The position numbers and the translations under genes are program-made. Positions 35,335-44,888 of a stretch of 64,000 bases of DNA are shown one piece after another (within the stretch, counting starts at the first letter, position 1; each line of letters opens with the position of its first letter). This DNA comes from an uncultured archaeon. Lineage in GTDB: Archaea > Micrarchaeota > Micrarchaeia > Anstonellales > Bilamarchaeaceae. The stretch lies in assembly GCA_963734525.1 (NCBI GenBank), contig CAVTHI010000008.1, positions 20,714 to 84,713 of the forward strand, read 5' to 3'. The notes under the pieces were generated by a model. That model saw only the letters and a program-made list of their open reading frames with translations. It ran no database searches and was not told where the DNA came from.

Positions 35335-36165
35335 ATGGAGCAGAAGCAGATATGGGTGGTGAAAGAAAGCGGCGAGAGGGAGCCGTTCGACAGGCAGAAG
35401 GCGAGGGGGGCGCTCCGGCGTACCGGCATGAGCGGCAAGGAGTCGGACACGGCGCTCGCAAGGCTCGAGGAGAGGCTCCACGACGGGATTACGACCAAGA
35501 AAATTTACGCCATACTCTATGAAATCATCGAGGGCATGAAGCCGCAGGTGTCGCACAAGTTCAACCTGAAGCGCGCGCTCTTCGACATCGGACCGGAGGG
35601 GTACGAGTTCGAGGACTTCATCGGGAAGCTGCTCGTGACGCAGGGATACGGGGTCGAGCTGAGGCAGATTATGACCGGCATGTGCGTCAGCCACGAAATC
35701 GACGTCCTCGCGCAAAAGAACAGCCACTCGTACTCGATTGAATGCAAGTTCCACAACCAGTACGGGACGCGGTGCAGGATACAGACCGCGCTATATGTAT
35801 ATGCCAGGTTCCTCGACCTGCGCGAAGGCTCGAAGAAAGGGCTTTGCAAGAAGGTGACGAAGCCCTGGCTGATAACGAACACGAAATTCTCCGAGGACGT
35901 CATCAGGTACGCCGAATGCATGGATTTCCCCCTGCTCGGGTGGCGGTATCCGCTGCAGGACGGCCTCGAAACGCTCATCGACAGGACGCGCTGCTACCCG
36001 GTGACGGTGATACCCATGAGCCGCGATATAATCGGCCGGCTGCTTTCGCGCAAGATAGTGACGATTGCCGACATACCCGAGAATGCGCAGGGGCTTTCAG
36101 ACCTGAGCGGGATCCCGCTCGCCAAGGCGCGCGAGGTCGTGGAGAGGGCCGAATACGCGAGATGA
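35335..36165 (+). CDS. ATP-cone domain + PD-(D/E)xK (Mrr-like) nuclease-fold protein
   Basis: ORF 35110..36165; the ATG at 35335 is preferred. The N-terminus (IWVVKESGEREPFDRQKARGALRRTGMS...) is ATP-cone-like. The core has EFEDFIGKLL...HEIDVLAQKNSHSYSIECKF (D...E-x-K). Confidence 0.7.
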   Translation: MEQKQIWVVKESGEREPFDRQKARGALRRTGMSGKESDTALARLEERLHDGITTKKIYAILYEIIEGMKPQVSHKFNLKRALFDIGPEGYEFEDFIGKLLVTQGYGVELRQIMTGMCVSHEIDVLAQKNSHSYSIECKFHNQYGTRCRIQTALYVYARFLDLREGSKKGLCKKVTKPWLITNTKFSEDVIRYAECMDFPLLGWRYPLQDGLETLIDRTRCYPVTVIPMSRDIIGRLLSRKIVTIADIPENAQGLSDLSGIPLAKAREVVERAEYAR

Positions 36166-36906
36166 GGGCGCTTGCGAATGGACTGATTCGAGAGCGAGAC
36201 TGAGCGGGCTGGATACGCTGCGCGGGGTGGCAATCACGGCGATGATTGCATACCACCTCATGTTCGACCTGTGGTACCTCAAAATCGCGGAATTCGACCT
36301 GATGTCGCTTCCGCTGTCGATATTCCAGCATTCCATAGGCACGCTTTTCCTCCTGCTCGTCGGCATATCCCTCACGCTCAGCGAAAGCCGCAACAAGGAA
36401 GGGTACATGCACCATGTGAAGCGGGCGGCGTACCTTGGCGCGGTCGCGCTTTCGATAACGCTTGCCACCTGGGTGTATCCCCACGAGGGCATGATAACCT
36501 TCGGCATAATCCACTGCATCGCCCTCAGCGTCCTCCTGGCGCCGCTGTTCTTCGGCCTTGGGAGGCTGAACATCCTCCTCGGCCTGCTCCTGATTAGCGG
36601 CCGGGATTCCTCGTCCAGGAAATCCGGACCGATTCGCCCTACCTGTTCTGGCTCGGGATAACTACGTCGGAATACACCGCGCTCGACTTCTACCCGATAA
36701 TCCCGTGGCTCGGCGTGGTGCTGATTGGCGTGTCCGCCGGGCAGATGATTTATCCGGGGGGCCGGGTCATGGACGCGCGCAAGGAGACGAGGCTCTCCAG
36801 GGCGCTCGCGTTCGCCGGGAGGCATTCGCTCGCCATCTACCTCATCCACCAGCCGGTGCTGATGGCAATCCTATTCGCATACAAGGCATTCGTATTAGGC
36901 GGCTAG
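36162..36906 (+). CDS. DUF1624 / heparan-alpha-glucosaminide N-acetyltransferase-like membrane acyltransferase, two apparent frameshifts
   Basis: The ATG at 36162 overlaps the upstream TGA (ATGA). The sense switches to RLSGLDTLRGVAITAMIAYHLMFD (ORF 36227..36661), then near 36600 to GFLVQEIRTDSPYLFWLGITTSEYTALDFYPIIPWLGVVLIGVSAG (ORF 36715..36906 and upstream). Confidence 0.65.
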
Positions 36907-37145
36907 GCGGATTGGACTGGCGCGGGGGCAGGAACACCCAGCCACGGCAGAGCGCCTCATCTGCCGGAAGCGCGGCAAGCCGGGGTAAGGATTGGCGTAT
37001 TAATCAGGGGAGGGACTGGAAGGGGGAAAGACGAAAGGGATAGACGAAAATAGGGATGATGAAATAAGAACAGCGAAAATAAGGGGATTTGATATTTGAA
37101 AAAAGTATTTTATAAAAAAAATATAGAAAGATAAAAAGAAAAAAA

Positions 37146-38441
37146 TTATTTCTTCTGCCCCCTGCTTCTCCAGTAGACTATGCCCAGGACAAGCAGGAGC
37201 AGCAGCACGACAAGCGCGAGCATCGCGCCCAAATCAGGGCCGGTTGCCGCGGGCTTCGTGGGCTCCTCGGGCTGCGCCTGCGGGAAGGCCTTCACTTCTA
37301 TGACCTTCACGACGCTGCCGTTCTGGAGGAGGGCGACCCTGTATATGCCTTCGGTGTTGAGGGGCAAATCGAAGTTGCCGTTCTCATCGGTCCTTCCGGT
37401 GAAGTTCTTGCCGGCCGGGTCCGTGTACACGAAGTCGCAGAGCACGCATGGCACGCCGTTCTCCTTGGCCTCGCAGGTCTTCTTGTCGCCTACGATGCCG
37501 GTAGTCGGGCAGCTCAGGTCGTTCTGGATGCACTTGTGGTCAAGGCAGGAAAAGCCGCTTGCGCATGTCGGGCATCCGGCTTCTGTGCCGCACTCGTATC
37601 CGTATGGCACGAACGCGTGGTTCTCGACCACGCCGCACTGGCCTGTGACGTCCTTGCACGAGCCGCCTGCGGCCCCTACGGGTATGTCGCAGTATTTCGA
37701 GGCCGGGCATTGGCCGTCAGCGGTGCACTCGAACTGCGGCTTCTTGGTGCACAGGTGGTTCTGGCAGAGCTCGTCCGCCGCGCACTGCGAATCGGAGCAG
37801 CACGCGTAAGGCACGCACTGGTGGTTCTCCACCTTGCCGCATTCGCATGGCACTTTCACGCACACTTGCGAGACGCACTCCTGGTTCAGGAGGCAGTCCT
37901 CGTCCTTCGTGCAGCCGGGCGTGACATTCTGGCCGCATTCAGAGCATGATACCGTGTTCTTCCCGGTGACGGTCGTTACCGCGTATCCGGACTGGGATGC
38001 CTTGACTTCGAGGTCCTCGAGGTCGCAGCCCGAGAACGTGAATTCGTCCGACTCGGTGTCGCCGGCGGCTATGATGTTGCCGTCGGAGTCCTTGACCACG
38101 ACGTGGGCATCGTTGCCTGCGCCGCTCACTTCCACGGTGTTGGCGTCGCAGTCCGAGCTGAAGCTTATGTCAAGCGACGGGGAATGCGTGTCGGTGTCGT
38201 CGCTGCAGCCGTAGCGGTATCCGTAGTAACCCGCGCAGTCGTATCCGTAATTGCTCAGGTCGCAGGGATAACACCCGCCCCAGCAGTTCATGCTACAGAC
38301 CCAGTAGTTCATGGAGCCGTAATCATAGAACGCCGGAAAACCTGTGGGCGAGCCACAGCAAAATGGAATCGCAGGCTGTGCGTACACGCCTGGGATAAGC
38401 ATCAACAGGGCCAAGACGGCCGTAAGATATATTAGTCTCAT
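37146..38441 (-). CDS. cysteine-rich surface protein with C-terminal TM anchor
   Basis: These are the C-terminal 431 aa of chimeric ORF 37146..41195. Signal peptide MRLIYLTAVLALLMLIPGVYA, about 60 Cys, a duplicated CG-x-VENH-xx-VPY motif, a CarboxypepD_reg-like beta domain (FTGRTDENGNFDLPLNTEGIYRVALL), then TM plus RSRGQKK. TTTTTAAAA at 38462-38470 lies 25 nt upstream of the ATG. Confidence 0.75.
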   Translation of the reverse strand: MRLIYLTAVLALLMLIPGVYAQPAIPFCCGSPTGFPAFYDYGSMNYWVCSMNCWGGCYPCDLSNYGYDCAGYYGYRYGCSDDTDTHSPSLDISFSSDCDANTVEVSGAGNDAHVVVKDSDGNIIAAGDTESDEFTFSGCDLEDLEVKASQSGYAVTTVTGKNTVSCSECGQNVTPGCTKDEDCLLNQECVSQVCVKVPCECGKVENHQCVPYACCSDSQCAADELCQNHLCTKKPQFECTADGQCPASKYCDIPVGAAGGSCKDVTGQCGVVENHAFVPYGYECGTEAGCPTCASGFSCLDHKCIQNDLSCPTTGIVGDKKTCEAKENGVPCVLCDFVYTDPAGKNFTGRTDENGNFDLPLNTEGIYRVALLQNGSVVKVIEVKAFPQAQPEEPTKPAATGPDLGAMLALVVLLLLLVLGIVYWRSRGQKK

Positions 38442-38452
38442 GACAAGGTCGC

Positions 38453-40610
38453 TCACTTTAGTTTTAAAAAGCTTCTGCATTGCTTGCCCAATTCTACACG
38501 AAATGACACAAGCAATGAAATGGCCGCGGACGCCAAAAGAAGCGCGCCGATTCCGTGCGGGCCGAGCGTGCCGTCCGAGATGGGGAGGGCCAGCAGGGCG
38601 AGGGGGGCGGCGAGGAACGCGGCCGCGGGGGGAGGGGCGCCGGACAAAAGGGCCAGCGCGATGAGCCAGGCGAGCAGGAAGAACGAGAGGACCAGCGGGA
38701 AAATAGTGTTCGTCACGGTGGTCGGCCCGGCATATTCGAAGGCGTTGTCGAGCCTGTACCATGTGCTTCCGGGGGAACCGTTGAATCGGAGCGTCGAATC
38801 CGGCGGCGATACGTACACCACGTACCGCGAGGGGGAGCCCGTGACGCGGTATGTCGCGGGATTGATGCGCGTGTACTCGGCCGGGGATAACGCACGGAAC
38901 CCCGCCGTTCGCCTTGTAGAAGCGCGTGAAGCTGTCGTTGCCGGGGTCGTCCGTGGAAAGGAACGGGCCGGCCGCAAGGCGGTTCCTGAAGAGGTAGAGC
39001 GTAGAGCCCTCGAAAACCAGCTCGATGTCCTCGACCCCGCCCTTCCTCTTGAAAAGCCATAGGTAATCGTCGCTGTCTGAATATGCCTTGAGAACGACGA
39101 TATATTTCACGTTGAGCGGAACGAGAAGCTCGGCGGTATTGTTTATGCGCTGGCGCTTGTCGAAAAGGTAGGTCATGTAGCCCCCGTATGTGTCCTTGAT
39201 GTCGCTGTAGACATGCTCGGTCATGACGCTCTGGGAAACGATGACGGGCTTGCTGAACACCTGGCCCGCAGGGCTCGCGAGCGTCTTCTGGTTGGCATTC
39301 GACCAGTAGTACGTGTTGTAGAGGTAGGGGGGCAGGACGAGTATGTTCGTCTCGCTCGTGTCCCCGGATATTATGCGCGCGGCCTCGAGCCAGTCCGTAG
39401 GATACTGCGTCGGCCTTATCTGCCCGAGCAGGCCGAAAAAGCCGAAATTGAATATGACCGGGACGAGAATCGCGAGCGCGAGCAGGACCGGCTTCCAGCG
39501 GGGGCGGGAGCGCATCAGGTGGCTCACGCCGTAGGACGACAGGAGCGCATAGCCGAGGCACATCATCCCCACGAACTTCTGCGAATCGCGGAAGAGCAGG
39601 TAAATCGGGAATTGCGTGCCGAGCAAAGTGAAAATGAAGGACAGCGGACTGGCCTCGCCGAGCGAGAGAAGGAACCCCACGACGAGAAGCGAAAGGAGGA
39701 AGAGCGCATGGAGGGCGCGCTCCTTGAGAAGCGATACGAAGCCGATGGACGCGGCCGCGACGATGAGGAGGAACGGGACCCACCACAATGGGAAGACGTC
39801 CTTGGTGTATACGAACCCGCCCCTCCAGAACCCGTGCATCGAAGCGAGCGACGCGCCCAGCGACATCCCCATCGTCATCGGCTTGAAATCCGCGAAATAT
39901 GCGTCGGGCGATGCGGGCGCGTACGTCTTTCCGAAAAGCATCAGGGTGGGGAGTATCCAGTAGAGGTTCATGGCCAGGATTATCCCGCCGAGCAGGGCGA
40001 GCCTGGACACGAGGGCGCGCTCAAACCCGTTCTTCAGGATATGGAAAACGAGCATCAGCGCGAAGCAGGCGAGCAGGATGATGACGCCGTGCGAGCTGAT
40101 GGAGGCGAACGCTACGAGCAGCGCGCTTGCGGCGAAAGGCATCCGCTCCTTCGGCTTTTCGAGGAATTGCGAGAATGACAGCAAGGCGAGGGGCCAGACG
40201 GAGTACGAAAGGAGGAGGGACCAGTGGCCCGCGAGGAACCTGACGTATATGAACGGATTCAGCATGTAAAGCAGGCCTGCAACATACCGGGCGTTCCCGT
40301 GCTCCTTCGGAAGGGAGAAGTGCGCGCCGGCCCCGGCAAGGAAGAGGATGGAGAAAAGCAGGAGCTTCTCGACGCCCTCGGTTCCAATTATGTCCGAAAC
40401 CGCCCCCATCGCCATCCTCAGCGGGAAGTACGCCCCATACGAGCTCGGCTGGATTCCGTAGAAGTCATCGAACTTGATGTCGGAAAGCGACTGGGGGCCG
40501 AACTGCATGTCGAGCGCGAGATAATAGCCTGGCCCGAGGAGGGGGAGCATGACGAGGAATGCCATCAGCAGGTATACCGATGCCGCGAGCTTGCTATCCA
40601 GGTCCGTCAT
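38453..40610 (-). CDS. large polytopic membrane protein, putative GT-C-type glycosyltransferase/polymerase, frameshifted near 38902
   Basis: It starts at the ATG at 40610 (MTDLDSKLAASVYLLMAFLV...) and has more than 12 TM. The soluble C-part ends ...TRFYKANGG. The sense then continues in ORF 38453..38977 (FRALSPAEYTRINPATYRVTG...terminal TM). The function is inferred from context. Confidence 0.6.
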
Positions 40611-40750
40611 GAAGAAATCCCGCCTTCGCGCCTTCGCAGACGCAGATATGGCTTCTTGCGGGTAAAGCATTAAAACAAGGCTATAAGGCGGGGTATGAGG
40701 GGGGCAATGGCGAGAGCCATGGGACGGGCAAAAGGGTGGCGGCAGGCCGC

Positions 40751-41605
40751 TCATTTGCCCCGGTCCGCGTAAGAAGCCAGGAACCCAAGGGCGAACGCGG
40801 ACGCTTCGAGCGACTTGAGCGCGAGGAGGCACGCGCCCACGAGCGGCTTTTTGGCTATGACGCGGAGGCGGCCGAGGAACAGGAGGCGGCCGGGCGACGC
40901 GGACTTTCCGGCGCCCGGATGCTTTTTGGAATAAAACGCCCGGGATGACCGGCCGTACCTGAATGCCTTCCGGAGGCAGCCATAAAGCGACAGGTTCCCG
41001 GCATCGTGGAAAAACACGCGCGAGGTGCGGCCGGTCGTGGAGGACTGCGCGATGCGGCAGTGAAGGTCGCGGTCCTCCCCGAACAGCAGGCCGGGGTCGT
41101 AGCCATTGGACGATTCGAAAGCCGCCCGCGTGAAGGCGCGCGCGGATTCCATGTCCGCATCGCCCAGGTAGCACTCCTTTTCGAGTGCCTTGCACCGGGC
41201 TATCAGGCCTTCCCCCATGCCCAGTTCAGGCACGACCAGGGAACCGTGCGAATCGATGCGCCGGGCGATGTCCCCGAGAAGGCCGGGTTCCATCACCATG
41301 TCGGAATCCATCGAAAGGAATATCCCGCCGCGTGCGAGCCTGAAGCCCTCGTTGCGGGAAGCGGGGACTGACAAGTCCGCCTCGAGGAAGCGGTCGGATT
41401 GCCTCCTCGCGATTTGCGCCGTGCCGTCATCGCTGAACCCGTCTACGACGATGATTTCGTAGCCGGTGAAGTCCTGGGCGCGTATCGAATCAAGGCATTC
41501 CCGGATTGTCGTGGCGCTGTTTTTCGTCGGTATGACTATGCTTATGAGAGGCGGCGAAAGCGCGTCTGCGGCCTTCTTGCGAACGGTTGCGGTCGTCACG
41601 GGCAT
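40751..41605 (-). CDS. family 2 glycosyltransferase
   Basis: 284 aa with ISIVIPTKNSATTIRECLDSIRAQDFTGYEIIVVDGFSDDGT and SMDSD. Confidence 0.85.
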   Translation of the reverse strand: MPVTTATVRKKAADALSPPLISIVIPTKNSATTIRECLDSIRAQDFTGYEIIVVDGFSDDGTAQIARRQSDRFLEADLSVPASRNEGFRLARGGIFLSMDSDMVMEPGLLGDIARRIDSHGSLVVPELGMGEGLIARCKALEKECYLGDADMESARAFTRAAFESSNGYDPGLLFGEDRDLHCRIAQSSTTGRTSRVFFHDAGNLSLYGCLRKAFRYGRSSRAFYSKKHPGAGKSASPGRLLFLGRLRVIAKKPLVGACLLALKSLEASAFALGFLASYADRGK

Positions 41606-41611
41606 GATGCA

Positions 41612-42739
41612 TCACTTGGGCAGGCCATTCTTTATATTTTTTTTCGATTGGCGGCCGATGACTTCCCGGAACAATGCCTCGTATTCGCCGGCGCTCTTTT
41701 CCCAGCTGAACCCGCGGGCGTATGCCACAGAGGAGGAGGAAAGCGAACCGAGCAGGCCCGGCTCGGACAGGAACGATACGGCCTTTTCCGCCATCGATTC
41801 GTAATCCCCGTCGCGGACCAGGTGCCCGTTGATGCCGTCCCTGATGCTGTCCCGCAGGCCCGGCACGTCATAGCCGATTGCCGGCGTGCCGCAGGCGTTC
41901 GCTTCAAGGACGACCAGGCCCCAGCCCTCCCTGACGGCCGGAAACAGCATGACATGGGCTCGCGAGAGGAGCTCGGCCTTCCGCCCCTCGCTCACCTTGC
42001 CGAAGAAAGTGACGGACGGGGCGATTCCAAGCTCTTGCGCAAGGGTGCGCAGGCGCGCCTCCTCGGGCCCGGAGCCGACAACCCACATCCCCGCGCCGGG
42101 CATCTTTTTGCGGAGCGCGGAGAACGCGCGCAGCGCATGGTCGACGCGCTTGGATTTCGTGAGCCTGCCCAGGTAAATCAGGGTGGGCGCGCTTTCCTTG
42201 GCGACGCCGGCGGGCTTCTTGATTTGCGCGGCGCCGTAGATGATGCGGACGTCGCCGAACCCCAGCTTCTCCAGGTCGCTTTTCGTCGAGGGGGACGGGG
42301 CGACCGAGGCGTTGCGGCGGTAGATGCGCAGCATCGCATCCTCCATGTGATAACCGGCGAAAGCGACGGGGAACGGCAGGGCGGAATACCAGTTTTCCCG
42401 CGTGAGCTGGTGGATGAGCGGGATGACCGGCTCGCCCGCGAAAAGCGGCGTGAAGAACGGCACGCCGTTGACGCTTTCCACGATGACATCGAACCTGCCG
42501 CGGATATGCTTCCTGTAGCAGAGGGCGGCCGTGGCGTACATCGAGTAGCGGCCGCCGAAACGGACGTGCTCGATGCCGTCGATGGTTTCCCGCTCCGATG
42601 AGCCGGGGAAGCGCGAGGAGAAGAGCGAGGCTGAGTGCCCCCTTGCGACGAGCGCGCGGAGTATCTCGTGGACGTACACCTCCGCGCCGCCCGCCATCGG
42701 ATGGCGGATATCCCGCCAGTTGAAAAACGAGATTCTCAT
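41612..42739 (-). CDS. family 4 (GT-B) glycosyltransferase
   Basis: 375 aa with MRISFFNW...GGAEVYVHE and EGWGLVVLEANACGTPAIGYDVPGLRDSIRDGINGHLV. Confidence 0.85.
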   Translation of the reverse strand: MRISFFNWRDIRHPMAGGAEVYVHEILRALVARGHSASLFSSRFPGSSERETIDGIEHVRFGGRYSMYATAALCYRKHIRGRFDVIVESVNGVPFFTPLFAGEPVIPLIHQLTRENWYSALPFPVAFAGYHMEDAMLRIYRRNASVAPSPSTKSDLEKLGFGDVRIIYGAAQIKKPAGVAKESAPTLIYLGRLTKSKRVDHALRAFSALRKKMPGAGMWVVGSGPEEARLRTLAQELGIAPSVTFFGKVSEGRKAELLSRAHVMLFPAVREGWGLVVLEANACGTPAIGYDVPGLRDSIRDGINGHLVRDGDYESMAEKAVSFLSEPGLLGSLSSSSVAYARGFSWEKSAGEYEALFREVIGRQSKKNIKNGLPK

Positions 42740-42792
42740 CTGGAGGATATTCCACGCGAGCCATTATTAAGATTTAATAAAACTCCCGAACG

Positions 42793-44148
42793 ATGAGGGG
42801 GATGATGGGAAAGGGAATGGCGCCTGCCGCGCCCGGCGCGGCGGAACTCGTGTCTGAGGCGAGGGACGAGCGGCGCAAGGGCGGGAGGGCTGAAACCGCA
42901 GTGCTGATTCCTTCATATGGGAATCCGGCCGCCCTGCGGGCCCATCTCGCGAGGCTGGGGAGCCAGACGCGGAAGGATTTCGACATTATAATAATATATG
43001 GCGAAGGCGACGCCTTTGAAAAAACCCCGGAGTGGGCCGGCATCCTGCACTTCAGGGAGAAGGGAAGGCTGGGATGCGCAGGGGCGTATTATCTTGCGGA
43101 GCGCATCGCGCTCGACGAGGGATATGCGTTCATCATAGAGGCCGACGACGACTGCCTTCCGGAGTCGGACGCGCTCATCGCTGGCTTGGTCGATTCGGCA
43201 AGGGCAGGGCGCCCCATCACGCTCCCCCTCGTCCGGATGGGTGAAAAAAGCGGCGGGGCGCGGACAGGGCTCCCGCATTACTACGGCTGCTTCCGGAGGG
43301 AATGCTTCGAAAAGGCCGGGCTGACATTCCTGCCGCTGTATTTCGGCGGGGAGGACATCGAGCTCATGGAGAGGATGGGAAGGGCGGGGTTCTCCGCATG
43401 CTACATAGAAGGGACGGCCGCCCATCCACGGATGAGGCCCGTGCTCATAAGCGCCCCGGAACGGAATTATTATTATGAGCGGGGGGAAATCGAGGCGGCG
43501 CTCCTTTCGTCGATGCGCATGCGGGCGTTCGCGGCGATCGCGACGTATCTTTTCCTCGCCGCGGCCCAGTTCTCGTTCGGGAATTTCCACGCGGGGCGCA
43601 TGATGGCATCGGCAGTCTGGGACGCGTCGGGCATGGAGTTCTTCCAGAAAAAAATGGTAGCCGTGAAAACCGGGAAGGCGGGCATGGCCGGAGCGGCAGA
43701 CGATGGAGGAGCGGCTTGGATTATGGCCCCAGGCCTTGAAAGCGGGGGAGAGCCGGGTGCAATAGCACGCAGCTGGCTGTCGGCAGTCGCGAGTGCAGGA
43801 AAGGCGGTCATGTTCCAGGGGTGGACCAGCGTCCATTCCATGCCTGCCGCGCTCCTGGCGCGGAGCGCGTCAATCATGCACGAAGGCTCGCCCTACAGGC
43901 TGTATTCGGGCAGGGGCGCGGCCCGGATTGCCGGGGGCCTGGCCATCATGGCGGCCGCCCTGCCCCTACTTCCGGTCATTTCGTTCCTGCTGGTTTTAAG
44001 GGGGGCCTTCTCCGCATGGACGAAGCGTCCCGGCAACCGGGACTACGGCAGTGGAACCCGGGGAGCCGATGAAACGCCCGCCGCAAATCCGGGCAAGGCC
44101 GGTTTTCCGATAAATAGGTTTAAAATAGCGCAAAAGGAAGTATATCCG
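42793..44148 (+). CDS. GT2-like glycosyltransferase with hydrophobic C-terminal region (3' end uncertain)
   Basis: This is the first part of ORF 42793..44856: AVLIPSYGNPAALRAHLARLGSQTRKDFDIIIIY, EADDDC. No in-frame stop precedes the next start, so this is either a true fusion or an undetected indel. Confidence 0.55.
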
Positions 44149-44856
44149 ATGGGAAAAGGCAAGGTCTCTGTCATCCTGCCCGCATACAATGAAGGGGCGG
44201 TCTTGCGCAGCAACGTCGAGAGGCTCGAAGGAATGCTCCAGGGAATCCTTGACGACTTCGAGATCATCATCAGCGAGGACGGCAGCACGGACGGCACCGG
44301 GGACATCGCGAAAAGCATGGAAAATGGGAGGATAAGGGTCCTCAGGAATGAAAGGAGGCTGGGCAAGGGGGCCGCGATAAGAAAGGCCGCCGGCCAGAGC
44401 AAGGGGCAAATCGTGATATTCATGGATGCGGACCTCGCGTCCAACCCGTCGCATGTCAAGGAGCTCGTCGGGTTGATGGAAGGCGGGGCGGACATAGTGA
44501 TAGGCTCCAGATACCTGAGGGAGTCCAGGGCGAAAAGGAATGCGGTCAGGTTCGTCGCGAGCAAGGGGTTCAACTGGCTTGTGAGGACTGCGCTCGGCTC
44601 GAAGCTGAGCGACCACCAGTGCGGCTTCAAGGCGTTCCGAAAGGAACGCGTGCTCCCGGTCATCGAGGAAGTCGAGGATGAGAAATGGTTCTGGGACACC
44701 GAGCTTCTCGTCCGGGCGCAGAAAAGGGGGCTCGTCATAAGGGAAATCCCCATCGAATGGAAGGAGGCCCCGGGCTCCAAGTTCCGGCTGCTCCGCGACA
44801 CCGCCAACATGGGCCTGAGCCTCGCCAGGTTCAAGCTGAAGAACATACGGAGCTAA
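44149..44856 (+). CDS. dolichyl/polyprenyl-phosphate hexosyltransferase-like GT2 (DPM1-like)
   Basis: MGKGKVSVILPAYNEGAVL...IIISEDGSTDGT...RLGKGAAIRKA...IFMDADLASNP. It has its own TATA-like ataggtttaaaatagc (44113-44128) 27 nt upstream of the ATG at 44149. Confidence 0.75.
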   Translation: MGKGKVSVILPAYNEGAVLRSNVERLEGMLQGILDDFEIIISEDGSTDGTGDIAKSMENGRIRVLRNERRLGKGAAIRKAAGQSKGQIVIFMDADLASNPSHVKELVGLMEGGADIVIGSRYLRESRAKRNAVRFVASKGFNWLVRTALGSKLSDHQCGFKAFRKERVLPVIEEVEDEKWFWDTELLVRAQKRGLVIREIPIEWKEAPGSKFRLLRDTANMGLSLARFKLKNIRS

Positions 44857-44888
44857 TCAGGCCATTATCTGACCAAGGATGATTGTTG

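Noticed and set aside
37146-41195. 1349-aa giant ORF as a single protein
   Set aside because: It is chimeric. The first roughly 195 aa are Pro/Arg-rich out-of-frame overlap with the GT2 gene. The middle is a polytopic protein that changes frame near 38902. The last 431 aa are a separate Cys-rich gene with its own TATA box and signal peptide.
42793-44856. Single 687-aa bifunctional GT2-GT2 fusion
   Set aside because: This is not fully excluded. However, a strong TATA-like box plus an ATG at leaderless spacing (44113-44151) precedes the second GT2 domain, and the linker is low-complexity. I therefore annotate two genes, and an indel may hide the first stop.
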